From a virus (Duplodnaviria > Caudoviricetes), in IMG/VR virus record IMGVR_UViG_3300031997_000012, positions 1-53,393 of that record: a stretch of 53,393 nucleotides of DNA, one strand, 5' to 3'. The translations under genes were made by a program, and so were the position numbers. Positions 16,759 through 25,934 of the stretch are shown one piece after another. The first letter of the stretch is position 1. Every line of letters starts with the position of its first letter. The notes under the pieces were generated by a model, which searched no databases, had not been told where the DNA came from, and saw nothing but the letters and a program-made list of their open reading frames with translations.

Positions 16759-17391
16759 TTACCCTCTCAGAGAGGCCCTTTTCTGTTTAACCAGCTCTCT
16801 AACTTTTTCAATTTCAGATTTTTTAAGACTAAAAATCTTTTGATCAAAGCCATCCACTGTTGAATAACCAGCAATAGCTGTAAAAAACTCTTTAAACTTT
16901 TTTACCGGGATAAACGTCATCAACTCTTTTTGAAGATCTGGATTTGACATCACTTCTTCATTTAAAGATACTGTCACTTTTTTCTGAATAAATTCCCCAA
17001 AAGAATCCCCAAAAATCTTTTGAAGATCTGGAATACTTTCTTCTTTGATTGCAGAAAAATAATCCGTAGATACATACGTTAAGCTTTCTTTAAATCCTGC
17101 CACTTTATAACTTTTCTGAAATTGACCTTTTAGAGCTTTTTCATCCTGAAAATTTTGAGTCCAGTCAACCACAACTATCTCACGAGACTCTTTTTCAGCC
17201 TTAGCTTCTTTTTCTATCTTTTTCCACTTTACAATTTCATCCACCAAAGTTTTTACCGGTTCAGATGGACTGATAGTAATTATTGATGATGCTTTCGCAT
17301 TTGATGGTGCTGAAGTGGTTACTCCAGTCACTGCCTCAAAAAATTCATTTTTACTCAAATTCTTTTTTACTTGTTCAGTTTTTACTTTCAT
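16759..17391 (-). CDS. Hypothetical phage protein
   Basis: 210-aa Lys-rich ORF with a coiled segment; AAGGAG RBS. Confidence 0.75.
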   Translation of the reverse strand: MKVKTEQVKKNLSKNEFFEAVTGVTTSAPSNAKASSIITISPSEPVKTLVDEIVKWKKIEKEAKAEKESREIVVVDWTQNFQDEKALKGQFQKSYKVAGFKESLTYVSTDYFSAIKEESIPDLQKIFGDSFGEFIQKKVTVSLNEEVMSNPDLQKELMTFIPVKKFKEFFTAIAGYSTVDGFDQKIFSLKKSEIEKVRELVKQKRASLRG

Positions 17392-17438
17392 AGTTTTCTC
17401 CTTTTATTTTTATTTGTAAAGTTTCTACCTATTAATCC

Positions 17439-17627
17439 TTAGCAACGTATTTTCCATTGAGAAATATTCTCTTTTATGCTCAATATTTTTTGAGCTAAAT
17501 CCTCCCTCTCCCCACTGGTTTTAACATCAAGAATATCCCATGCGTATTTTTCTAATTTAATCAATTCACCTTTCACTCTCTCCGCATAAAATTTCCTGGA
17601 AATTAATATTGTCTCATTCTCATTCAT
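17439..17627 (-). CDS. Hypothetical protein
   Basis: Track ORF; AAGGAG RBS. Confidence 0.6.
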   Translation of the reverse strand: MNENETILISRKFYAERVKGELIKLEKYAWDILDVKTSGEREDLAQKILSIKENISQWKIRC

Positions 17628-17788
17628 GCCATTGATCTCCTTTCTTCTTTTTTTACGGTTTCTTTTAAAAGCCAGAAAGATTCTTCCTCATTTAAACTTC
17701 CGTCTTCTTCATTCCATTCCATATTTTTGAAATCTTGTTTTTTGTCATTATAAATAAATTCTGTTTCTAAAAAAGTTAACTCTTCCAT
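17624..17788 (-). CDS. Acidic microprotein (54 aa)
   Basis: Not in track. MEELTFLETEFIYNDKKQDFKNMEWNEEDGSLNEEESFWLLKE...; stop overlaps the next ATG. Confidence 0.5.
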   Translation of the reverse strand: MEELTFLETEFIYNDKKQDFKNMEWNEEDGSLNEEESFWLLKETVKKEERRSMA

Positions 17789-17815
17789 TCATCGTGTCTC
17801 CTTTCTTTTTTATTC

Positions 17816-17837
17816 TGCCCCATAGGGGCATTTCTTT
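17816..17837 (+). terminator. GC hairpin with T-rich tail on the non-coding strand
   Basis: TGCCCC-ATA-GGGGCA followed by TTTCTTT on +; no U tract on the coding strand. Confidence 0.35.
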
Positions 17838-17861
17838 CTCTTGAGAGTCCTTTCTTTGTTG

Positions 17862-18128
17862 CATTTTATTCTCCTTTTTCTCCATAGTCTTCCCCGTACT
17901 TTTCTGTAAGAAAAAGTTTTTCAGCTTCCTTTACAGAAATCTTTTCTTTTTTAGATAATTCAACTATTCTAATCCATTCTGCGTTTATTCCTTCGTCTAC
18001 ACCTTCTTCGCTAAGAACATATCCATGATCTGCTGAATCTTGAAACATTTTATTCTCCTTTTTCTCCATAGTCTTCCCCGTACTTTTCTGTAAGAAAAAG
18101 TTTTTCAGCTTCCTTTACAGAAATCTTT
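17862..18128. repeat. Perfect 83-bp direct repeat pair (17862-17944 and 18046-18128)
   Basis: Identical CATTTTATTCTCC...ACAGAAATCTTT copies 184 bp apart; each holds an ORF tail, stop, AAGGAG RBS and ATG on the minus strand. Confidence 0.95.
17866..18048 (-). CDS. Hypothetical protein bounded by the 83-bp repeats
   Basis: ATG 18048 and its RBS come from one repeat copy; the C-terminus and stop come from the other. Confidence 0.6.
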   Translation of the reverse strand: MFQDSADHGYVLSEEGVDEGINAEWIRIVELSKKEKISVKEAEKLFLTEKYGEDYGEKGE

Positions 18129-18312
18129 ATCCATGATTTGCTGAAAAGTGGCACTGCTGAGGAGAAACTTTATGAACCTTTCCACAATACTCTACCAAGT
18201 TTTTTCCATTAGCTTTCCCTTGATACTTACCAATTACCATAGAACCGTGAATGCTTGCAGCAACCTTTACACCAATTTCTCTAGCCATCTTTTTCATAAC
18301 TTTCCTCATCAT
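18127..18312 (-). CDS. Basic hypothetical protein
   Basis: ATG at 18312 with AAGGAG RBS. Confidence 0.55.
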   Translation of the reverse strand: MMRKVMKKMAREIGVKVAASIHGSMVIGKYQGKANGKNLVEYCGKVHKVSPQQCHFSANHG

Positions 18313-18487
18313 ATATAATCTCCTTTTCAATCTTTTTCGGAATTAGTTTTAACCAGAACCGCCATCGTGGAGGCTTCCGTTTTGGTTCCAACCCCATTAG
18401 GTTGTTCGTCAACCTTACAAGGGTTTCGTTCATCGACGAAAAAGATGATCTCATCATCTTATTTTTAACCTATTTTTTTAAGGTTTA

Positions 18488-18607
18488 TCATGCAGCTCTT
18501 TTCAGCCCTGGCTGCTTTTGCCTGATCGTTTCCATCCCGGCAAGTAGCAATTCTCTGATGAGCCCCACATTTTTCATGTTCGGGTAATTCGGGCCAAGCT
18601 CAAACAC
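18488..18607 (-). CDS. Possible first ORF of the early operon (39 aa)
   Basis: Not in track. AAAGGAG then GTG; MFELGPNYPNMKNVGLIRELLLAGMETIRQKQPGLKRAA. Confidence 0.4.
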   Translation of the reverse strand: MFELGPNYPNMKNVGLIRELLLAGMETIRQKQPGLKRAA

Positions 18608-18703
18608 TCATCACTCCTTTCAAGTCATTCATTTAAAGTTTATATTGTGCCAGCGCTTTCTTACGTGAGGACTCGTTTTTGTATCTTTTTCTTTCTTTGG
18701 TTC

Positions 18704-19156
18704 TCCCCATCGAACCGTTAGGCATAAGGGCTTAGTTTATTTCGCCAAAGAAAAAATATTTTCAAAAAGTCTCTGTCCTCCAAAAGCTATCCCCATCGAA
18801 CCGTTAGGCATAAGGGTCACACTCTCAAATTTCTTCGAGCCGTGCTTAGCATTAGCATCTTTAATCCAATGACTTAACCTTGCTACTGGAGTTCGGTTAT
18901 TTAAAACCTGCGTTTTTTCTGAGTGCCGCTACCACCCATCCCTTATCATAAAGAATAACTTCATCTGAACTCTTTTTATCTTGGGATATCCATAGAACGT
19001 TTGGTTACTCAGTGATACTACCCTCTTAAAAAAAATGCCACTTCCCAATTTGTCCAGCAACCAAATTAAAATCCGTATCTTGCTTACCTTTCGGCATTAG
19101 GACTTTTATTTGGACTTATGCTAACCTCCCATTGAACTCTTCTGAGCATTAGGAGG
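18704..19156 (-). ncRNA. Structured leader RNA with a repeated stem/internal-loop motif
   Basis: Identical 27-mers CCCTTATGCCTAACGGTTCGATGGGGA (18704-18730, 18790-18816); covarying copy CCTCCTAATGCTCAGAAGAGTTCAATGGGAGG (19125-19156); variant GTCCTAATGCCGAAAGGT...GGAT (19071-19103); no long ORF. Confidence 0.55.
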
Positions 19157-19209
19157 AAGAAGCTTAAGGCTTTAAGGGAAAAGGGATTTTCTTCCTTTCA
19201 CCAACCGCC

Positions 19210-19228
19210 TATTCAATTATCAATGAAC
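19210..19228 (-). promoter_or_regulatory. boxA-like antitermination element
   Basis: GTTCATTGATAATTGAATA at the start of the predicted transcript resembles rRNA-operon boxA (GTTCTTTGAmAA...). Confidence 0.5.
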
Positions 19229-19235
19229 TAAATGA

Positions 19236-19264
19236 ATTATATAGTATAAGACATAGAATGTCAA
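19236..19264 (-). promoter_or_regulatory. Consensus sigma-70 early promoter
   Basis: TTGACA-17 nt-TATAAT, a perfect match, pointing into the accessory operon. Confidence 0.9.
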
Positions 19265-19312
19265 GCAAATTATTGCTAAAAACGTGTTTTTTACCTAAAA
19301 ATACATCAATAA

Positions 19313-19325
19313 AATCAAATAGTTA
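19313..19325 (+). promoter_or_regulatory. IHF consensus binding site
   Basis: AATCAAATAGTTA matches WATCAANNNNTTR, with an A/T-rich flank, about 50 bp upstream of the -35 box. Confidence 0.5.
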
Positions 19326-19432
19326 CAAAAATAATATAGAAATATAGACATTTCTATAATAAACTCGAAATTTTTAGGCTATTTTTTATTTTTTAGGCTG
19401 TTTTTCACAGATAAAAAAGGTTATGATTTTTG

Positions 19433-20368
19433 TTAAAACCTACAGCCTAACTCTTCCAAAAAATCAAATCTTTTTGAATTCAAAATGAACTTTTCTAAAT
19501 CAGGAGTAGAAAAACTGGCAGGATCATCATGAGGTAACTTAACAAGAGAAACAAAAAGTGTAGGAGATAAAAAAAGTAACTTTTTAGCAACCTTAACTGC
19601 CTTGTTTAAGGCATCTGCGTCTAACATTACATAAATCTTTTTAACACTGCCGAGCAATAATGAAGCCTGAATATCTGATAACGAAGTTCCCAATATGGCA
19701 ACTCCAGAGCAACCTACTTTTATAGCATCAAACACCCCCTCACAAATAACAGCAACTCCTTCTTTATGAGCGCCGTCTATATTAAAAACTACTTCTTCTT
19801 TTCCCACTAAAACCTCTGATCTAGTAGGATTTTTATACTTAGGAATCTCATTAAAAAAAGACCTTGCAATAAAATAAACTATTTTTGACCCGACAAAAAA
19901 AGGAACAATAATACGCCACTTATAAACTCCTAAACCACAATATCCAATTTTATAAGTTTTAATGTCTTCCAGTGATATACGAGAAAGCACATAATTTAAC
20001 GCTTTTTTACCCACCGCACTTAAACCATCATCTGCCAAATACATGTACTCTTTTGGAAATCCTAAAAGATTTTTTACTCCGCTGCGCTTAAATTCAGATT
20101 CTAAATCAAATTTTTTTAAATTATCTGCTGAAACATACTCATCCTCATTTGGACTCCAACCCAAAAAATCTTTTAAAAGACGTTTTAATGATCCTTTATA
20201 ATCGCACTTCCAGCAATGAAACACACCTAAATCTAAAGATACTTCTAAATTTCCAGTAGTATCATCACATTCTGGATTAAAACAATCTATCTTAAATTGA
20301 CCGCTTCTAACTGGATATTTTTCGCCAAAAATACTACAAAGAAGATCATAACGCTTAAAACTATCCAA
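19433..20368 (-). CDS. DNA primase (Zn-binding + TOPRIM)
   Basis: CFNPEC...HCWKC zinc site; RIIVPF...FIAR...PKYKNP; ICEGVFDA; MLDADA; DPA. Confidence 0.9.
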   Translation of the reverse strand: MDSFKRYDLLCSIFGEKYPVRSGQFKIDCFNPECDDTTGNLEVSLDLGVFHCWKCDYKGSLKRLLKDFLGWSPNEDEYVSADNLKKFDLESEFKRSGVKNLLGFPKEYMYLADDGLSAVGKKALNYVLSRISLEDIKTYKIGYCGLGVYKWRIIVPFFVGSKIVYFIARSFFNEIPKYKNPTRSEVLVGKEEVVFNIDGAHKEGVAVICEGVFDAIKVGCSGVAILGTSLSDIQASLLLGSVKKIYVMLDADALNKAVKVAKKLLFLSPTLFVSLVKLPHDDPASFSTPDLEKFILNSKRFDFLEELGCRF

Positions 20369-20400
20369 AAGTTACACCCTAAACTGCCCACAAAAAATTT

Positions 20401-21708
20401 TCATAGGACTTGTTCTTCAATCAGCATAACATGATTATTAAACATTACTGGTATAACTTTTTTTGCCGCCCTGTTACGATTTTTACCTAAATAAAATCGC
20501 ATTTGAGGAATGTCCTCACGCTCCTCTCTTTCGGATTGACATAGTCCTAAAATAACATCTGCATCTGCCCAAATTCTTCCTGTAGCTTCAGCAATATCTT
20601 TACCAGTAACCACATCATTTTTTAAGGCACCCATTTTTGCCTGCACTGCAGACCACACAGGCTTATTTCTTCTAACAGCCAATGCCTTGCCCTCTCTATA
20701 ATTTCTTCCTATCCAAATATCTTCTCTAGCATTACTTCTTTTACAAAGATTAAGATAATCGATTACAATTAAATTCGGAATAAATCCATCTGAAAGCTCT
20801 TTATGAGTTAAAAAATCATCTATCTCTTTAACAGATGCACTCTCTGTAGGAAACATTTGAATAATTAACCTTGATTTAAACAGTTTAGAAAAATAGGTAA
20901 CATTATCGCATACCTGTGATGCTTTAGAAACAATCTCATCTTTAGTTAAGCGTGATAACCTCATATCAAACCTAATAGCTATATCATTTACACCACCCTC
21001 CAGAACAAAGTATATCACATTACTTTTTCCCAAAAGTGCGCCCACAGAAATGTTTACAAGTGTAGCAGTTTTACCACGACTAGGAGGCCCCACAACTAAC
21101 CCCAACTCTCCACCAGATAAACCGCCACCAAGATACCTGTTTAATTTTTTAAATCCAGTACTAACTACATTATCTGCCTTTTCATCCCTGGAATACACCC
21201 TAGATACCACATCAGAAAAATAATCATAACCCAAACTCATAGAAGATCCAAGAGAATCTACCTCGGATAAAGACATAGTAAGATTCTTTATATCTACAAC
21301 AGATCCTGATCCTATCTTTTTACCTATATCTAATAACAGTATTTTTAATTCCTGACGTTTAGCGTGGTTAACAATAACATCTGCAGTATAGGATTCAGGT
21401 GGTAGTTCACATAGAAACAGCAACTCTAGCAACTCGTCATAACTAGAACATCTTTCTTGATATACCTCTTCACTTTTTAACTTATCTAAAGTGCGTAAAA
21501 TTTCTGTTTTTAAAACATCCTTAGTAATTGAAATGCCGTAATTTTTGTAATACTCTGAAATTATAGAATAAATATCTCTATACATCTGATTTTCAAAATA
21601 TTGAAGTTTTACTACAGCATTATAATTAAAGTAAAAGCTTTTATCTCGAACAAGAAATGCTAGTAGTTTTAATTCAAACTCTTCATCAAATACGTAGGTT
21701 TCTACCAA
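20401..21708 (-). CDS. Replicative SF4 (DnaB/gp41-like) helicase
   Basis: VSTGFKKLN...GG; Walker A GPPSRGKT; FVLE; IVIDYL; PVWSAVQ; KNRN. Confidence 0.9.
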   Translation of the reverse strand: MVETYVFDEEFELKLLAFLVRDKSFYFNYNAVVKLQYFENQMYRDIYSIISEYYKNYGISITKDVLKTEILRTLDKLKSEEVYQERCSSYDELLELLFLCELPPESYTADVIVNHAKRQELKILLLDIGKKIGSGSVVDIKNLTMSLSEVDSLGSSMSLGYDYFSDVVSRVYSRDEKADNVVSTGFKKLNRYLGGGLSGGELGLVVGPPSRGKTATLVNISVGALLGKSNVIYFVLEGGVNDIAIRFDMRLSRLTKDEIVSKASQVCDNVTYFSKLFKSRLIIQMFPTESASVKEIDDFLTHKELSDGFIPNLIVIDYLNLCKRSNAREDIWIGRNYREGKALAVRRNKPVWSAVQAKMGALKNDVVTGKDIAEATGRIWADADVILGLCQSEREEREDIPQMRFYLGKNRNRAAKKVIPVMFNNHVMLIEEQVL

Positions 21709-21731
21709 AAGTTACACCTTCCTTTTTCTTT

Positions 21732-22316
21732 TCAACTATTAATCACTCTTCTATCTTCACCCGTAACATGAATCAGCTCACACATCCCTTGAATTCTACT
21801 AATTGCGTGTGAATGAAGACCAACAGAAACTAATCCTACAATATCAACATTTGCAGTAAAACAAGTTGGAAGCTTTTGCTCAAATCTACTGTTAATAATT
21901 GTTCTCAAAGTATCTGCCGACACATCTTTTAGCAGTACTGCAGAAATATCATCTAAAAATAACCACCTAACATTACAAACATAATCTAAATATGCCTGAC
22001 ATTCTTCCTCTTTTTTTATCTGTTTCAACTCCTTAAGAATTTTTTCAAATGAGGTATAAAAAATATCATTAATATTTAATTCGCTGTCACTATCCTCGAT
22101 TTTAGCCATTATAATACGATACAGTGAAACAAGAAGATGCGTTTTACCCACACCAAAACCGCCAAATAAGTATAAACCCTGCTTAGAAGATGTTTCATTA
22201 AGAAAATTCTGAAGTTTCTTTTCATATTTACCCAGTAATTCAAAATTATCTAGCATGCAATGCTGATAGGCTATCGGAATATAATAAAAGTAAGATGCGT
22301 GTCTAAATTTTTTCAT
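21732..22316 (-). CDS. DnaC/IstB-like helicase-loader ATPase
   Basis: GLYLFGGFGVGKTHL; LFLDD; IINSR...PTCFTAN; SRI..MC....GEDRR. Confidence 0.85.
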   Translation of the reverse strand: MKKFRHASYFYYIPIAYQHCMLDNFELLGKYEKKLQNFLNETSSKQGLYLFGGFGVGKTHLLVSLYRIIMAKIEDSDSELNINDIFYTSFEKILKELKQIKKEEECQAYLDYVCNVRWLFLDDISAVLLKDVSADTLRTIINSRFEQKLPTCFTANVDIVGLVSVGLHSHAISRIQGMCELIHVTGEDRRVINS

Positions 22317-22319
22317 CTA

Positions 22320-23129
22320 TCAAACAGATGCCCTTTCTCGACTATTAAGTTTTAAATTCTCCAGCCATTCTGGATACCAATCTTCCTGTGTAATAGCTTC
22401 TACAGTACTTATTTTTTTAGGTAAATTCTTTTGAGTTAAATCCACTCTATCTAATTCACCATGAGACAAATCACCTAAAACCATTTCTGGAGTTACTTTT
22501 TTCATTCTCCTTTTATAAAACTTAGCTACCCTATCCAGTAATTCTTTTTCAGACCAACACTTTTTATCGGCCATCATTTTTATTGCATACACACAAAACC
22601 AATCTTTAGACTCAAAAGTAACAAAGTCTGTACTTATCTTTCTTTTTGCTAATTCACGTTCAAAATTCATAACTATTTTATTATCTACACTCTCAGAAGA
22701 AAAATCAATACTAACTAAATCAGCCAACCACGGTAGCGTATCATTAAGTCTACCTATAAATTCTTCTAATGCCACACTATCTTCACAAAATAATTCCTTC
22801 ATAGGATAATACTTTCTACCACTAGGTGTTAATATAAATTCAGACGCTAATCTATAAAACATAGTCACAGTCATACCTAAACCGCACCTAAAATCTTCCA
22901 ATGCAGTTGTTAATTGTATAAACACTTGTTTAGTCTTACCCTTAAGTAAAACTGGCAAAGCAATAACCCACTGTCTCTTTTTTCTACGTTTAAAACCTGA
23001 AAGCTGCTGTAAAAAAGAAGAAACAGCAGCGTCTACATCTTTAGATAAACCAAAATTTTTAGACTGTCTACCATAAATTAGCAACAAATTTTTAGAAATT
23101 CGTTTCAAACAGTAATAATCCTTTCCCAA
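22320..23129 (-). CDS. Hypothetical protein, possible replication initiator
   Basis: 269-aa ORF directly upstream of the DnaC-like loader; function inferred from position only. Confidence 0.55.
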   Translation of the reverse strand: MGKDYYCLKRISKNLLLIYGRQSKNFGLSKDVDAAVSSFLQQLSGFKRRKKRQWVIALPVLLKGKTKQVFIQLTTALEDFRCGLGMTVTMFYRLASEFILTPSGRKYYPMKELFCEDSVALEEFIGRLNDTLPWLADLVSIDFSSESVDNKIVMNFERELAKRKISTDFVTFESKDWFCVYAIKMMADKKCWSEKELLDRVAKFYKRRMKKVTPEMVLGDLSHGELDRVDLTQKNLPKKISTVEAITQEDWYPEWLENLKLNSRERASV

Positions 23130-25639
23130 GTTTCATCAACTTCAAAAATTTCCATTCCCATATTTAGATACTCTTTCACTCTATCTTCACTATGCTTATA
23201 AAGATATTTTTTATTATGAGCATCAACAAAATCTACAATAGTTACTACATTTTCGCCTGATTTTTTTCTTAATGCTCTTCCTACTCTCTGAATAGTTTTT
23301 AACGGTGCTTTAAAACCAACTCCCATAATTAATACATCCATAGCAGGAACATCCAACCCTTCGTCACTAATGGTTGAAGATATTAAACATCTTAATTTCT
23401 TTTTCTTAAACTTATCCAGAGCATCCTGGACATTATCTCTCCCACCACTTATAAACTCAACTTCTAATCCTATATCTTCTACCATTTTTAAAATTACTTC
23501 TCCATGAGCAATACGCCATACTAATATAAAAACAGACTTTCCTTGCTCCACAAATCTTTTAGCTGACATAACAATAAATCTATTTCTTTCTAGATTATTT
23601 AGTATTCCCTTTTCGTACGCCTGATCAAACGTATAATGTCCCGGAATTTTTGGTTCACTAACATAGTGTAAATATGCAGTAGGTGAAGCAGAAATTCCTG
23701 CATCAATCAACTCTCTATTAGTTACAGAAACAATCTCATCTCCTGTTAATCCTCTAACTATTAGATTAGAAATTTCATCCTTACGTAAAGCTGTAGCCGA
23801 CAATCCGTATCTATAATATGATGTATTACAGGCCTTTAAACAGGATTCAAAAGTTTTACTCGAAATATGGTGGCAATTAGATACTAATATATTATCTGCA
23901 AAAAAATTATGATTATCTTCAACTTCAAGATTATAAATATACTTTGGTATTCTATTATTTGCTCTTTCCTTTATTTTTGTAACTTTATATGTATGATTAA
24001 ACATAAAAGCAAAAATTTTTTCTTTAATATTTTCAATATCACTAAGTTCATCATCACCGATAAATAAACATTGATACCCATTCGTTCTATAAGCTTCAAT
24101 CAAACTTTCAATTTTTTCTTTTGAATACCAATATGAAGTATTCCCTATTTCTATAACTTTTTTTTGTCCTTCGACTATAAAATCTGGACATTTATGTCTT
24201 TGTTTAGGCCGAAAACTATAAGATCCTATTTTAAACTCAATCCAATATACTCCATCTCCAGTATATTTTAATTTTTCAATTTTTAAATTTTTTATAATAG
24301 CTTCTGGTCTAGTTGGAAATTTTCTTTTTCTATGTGCACTAATAAAATTCTTCTTTCGTTCTAGAAGTTTATCAGGATTATTTTCGTAAAACAATCTATT
24401 AGAATTTCTAGATTTTTCAACAGTTAATCGATCAAAAGATGGATTACTAATTTTCATTCTATCACTTAAATATTTTCTATATTTAGCATTTTTACTTCTC
24501 TTACAAAAAATACGTTTTTTAATTTTAGGATCTTGTATAGGATAACCATGCTCTTTTAACCATTTTCCCAGTAAAAAATAATTCTTATTAAAATTATGTT
24601 GAGAATGATGACCTCCCAAACTAGATCCTGTTAAAAATTCTTTTCCACAAAACTTACATAAAAAAATCTTTTTAGAATTAGATTCATTAAAAATTATTTC
24701 ATCACCAACACATAAGTCTTTAGTTTTAATATAACCTCGATTTTTAACATAAATTTTATGATTTCCAGTACATTTAAAAGAAACTTCTTTATTATTTTTA
24801 TTAAAAAAAATTTTATACCAAGGATTACTACCTAAAATTTTTATATATCTTACAATTTTCTTTTTTTCATATTTTTTAAGTTCTAAATTATAACTAATTA
24901 CATATTCAACTTTAAATAAATTATTAATTGAATTTTCAACAATATTACCAATTTCTACAGTTTTATCGATATCAACTAATACTTGACTATTATATGGCAA
25001 ACACTCATCCGATATTACAACTTTAGACCTACTAAGCATTTCTTTAATTTCTGAATCATTAAGATTTTTAGCTATTGACGGAACAGATAAAACATTAATA
25101 TCTTCTATTTCTTTTATACCGGCACCGATCATACCAATTTTAACACCTAAACGCTGTTCCATTCTAGCTTTAGTTTGCTTCATAAGTGTAATTCTATGAG
25201 TAAAAAAATTAGTAGGTAAACCTAGTACTTGTATAATACCACAAGCTACTTCTGTTTTTCCAGCATTTGGTGGAGCAGAAATTATTCCTCTTTTTGTAGA
25301 TACCGCTTCGTTAATCATTTTAATCTGATAATCTCTTAATTCAATTCCATTTAAAGAGAGTATATTATTTTTATGCTCAACTAAAACACGATCATCTATG
25401 ATTTCGTAAGGAAATTCAATTTTAGATGTTACATACCCAATTAATCCTGTATAAAATGTACTTGTTAATAAATTAAAAAATCTTCTATAACCATCCCACA
25501 ATCCTCGTCTAAAATGAGGACTATAGAAATAACCTGGGACACGAACAGATAGAATTTTGTGAATCTGTTCTAGCTCTTCTTTTGTAGCTAATTTTTTATC
25601 TACTCTAGTATAAAGATTGTCAATATGAAAATGTAACAA
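23105..25639 (-). CDS. uvsW: UvsW-like SF2 helicase containing an intein
   Basis: WDG..R N-terminus; LRDYQ; PPNAGKT; DE/CHH motif II split by the intein; GLSAT; DEGLDVP; IQRVGRALR. Extein is 468 aa. Confidence 0.9.
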   Translation of the reverse strand: MLHFHIDNLYTRVDKKLATKEELEQIHKILSVRVPGYFYSPHFRRGLWDGYRRFFNLLTSTFYTGLIGYVTSKIEFPYEIIDDRVLVEHKNNILSLNGIELRDYQIKMINEAVSTKRGIISAPPNAGKTEVACGIIQVLGLPTNFFTHRITLMKQTKARMEQRLGVKIGMIGAGIKEIEDINVLSVPSIAKNLNDSEIKEMLSRSKVVISDECLPYNSQVLVDIDKTVEIGNIVENSINNLFKVEYVISYNLELKKYEKKKIVRYIKILGSNPWYKIFFNKNNKEVSFKCTGNHKIYVKNRGYIKTKDLCVGDEIIFNESNSKKIFLCKFCGKEFLTGSSLGGHHSQHNFNKNYFLLGKWLKEHGYPIQDPKIKKRIFCKRSKNAKYRKYLSDRMKISNPSFDRLTVEKSRNSNRLFYENNPDKLLERKKNFISAHRKRKFPTRPEAIIKNLKIEKLKYTGDGVYWIEFKIGSYSFRPKQRHKCPDFIVEGQKKVIEIGNTSYWYSKEKIESLIEAYRTNGYQCLFIGDDELSDIENIKEKIFAFMFNHTYKVTKIKERANNRIPKYIYNLEVEDNHNFFADNILVSNCHHISSKTFESCLKACNTSYYRYGLSATALRKDEISNLIVRGLTGDEIVSVTNRELIDAGISASPTAYLHYVSEPKIPGHYTFDQAYEKGILNNLERNRFIVMSAKRFVEQGKSVFILVWRIAHGEVILKMVEDIGLEVEFISGGRDNVQDALDKFKKKKLRCLISSTISDEGLDVPAMDVLIMGVGFKAPLKTIQRVGRALRKKSGENVVTIVDFVDAHNKKYLYKHSEDRVKEYLNMGMEIFEVDETWERIITV
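23876..25003 (-). mobile_element. Intein (376 aa) with C2H2 finger and Vsr/DUF559-like endonuclease
   Basis: Starts CLPYNSQV; block B CTGNHKI; ends YNLEVEDNHNFFADNILVSN followed by Cys(+1). Internal CKFC...H..H and PTRPE...PDF...VIEI...GYQCLFI. Confidence 0.92.
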
Positions 25640-25646
25640 GTTTCAC

Positions 25647-25910
25647 CTAAAAAGTCAATGCTTTAAGATTTCTAAACGTTTCTGAAAATGTAAGAGGATC
25701 TACTTTAGCTGTTCGATTGTAGAATGAAAGAATGTCAATCTCAAGTTTAGAAGTTGATTCAAAAACAAAAACTAACTTTTTACCATTGATTTTAGAAGGA
25801 GATTCAAGGAGAGGATTTCCACTGATTATTAAAAAAGCTGATAAAGCTAAATCTTGTAACTCTTTTTTCGGCACAGAACATGCCTTAGAAATAGTCATAT
25901 TCATCATCAT
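25647..25910 (-). CDS. DUF5659-like protein
   Basis: DLALSAFL...G..L...K.VFVFE...FYN..AKVDP..F....RNLK. Confidence 0.65.
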   Translation of the reverse strand: MMMNMTISKACSVPKKELQDLALSAFLIISGNPLLESPSKINGKKLVFVFESTSKLEIDILSFYNRTAKVDPLTFSETFRNLKALTF

Positions 25911-25934
25911 CCTCTATCCTATTAAATAAAAAAA

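Noticed and set aside
17862-18128. 83-bp repeats as DGR template/variable repeats or IS ends
   Set aside because: The copies are identical with no adenine-specific changes, and no reverse transcriptase or transposase is in the window.
18404-18441. Hammerhead-like sequence (TTCGTC-GATGA-AC-GAAAC...GGTT-GACGAA, minus strand)
   Set aside because: Lacks the C3-U4 of CUGANGA and has no stem II. The CTGATGAG on + near 18555 has no matching GAAA.
18716-18809. GTTAGGC cores in the leader repeats as attC/attI sites
   Set aside because: No paired R''/L''/L' arms with attC spacing, unlike the sites at 1.9-2.4 kb.
18704-18816. Two identical 27-bp repeats as a mini-CRISPR array
   Set aside because: Only two copies, a 59-nt spacer, no CRISPR-like repeat terminus and no cas genes; diverged copies conserve structure rather than sequence.
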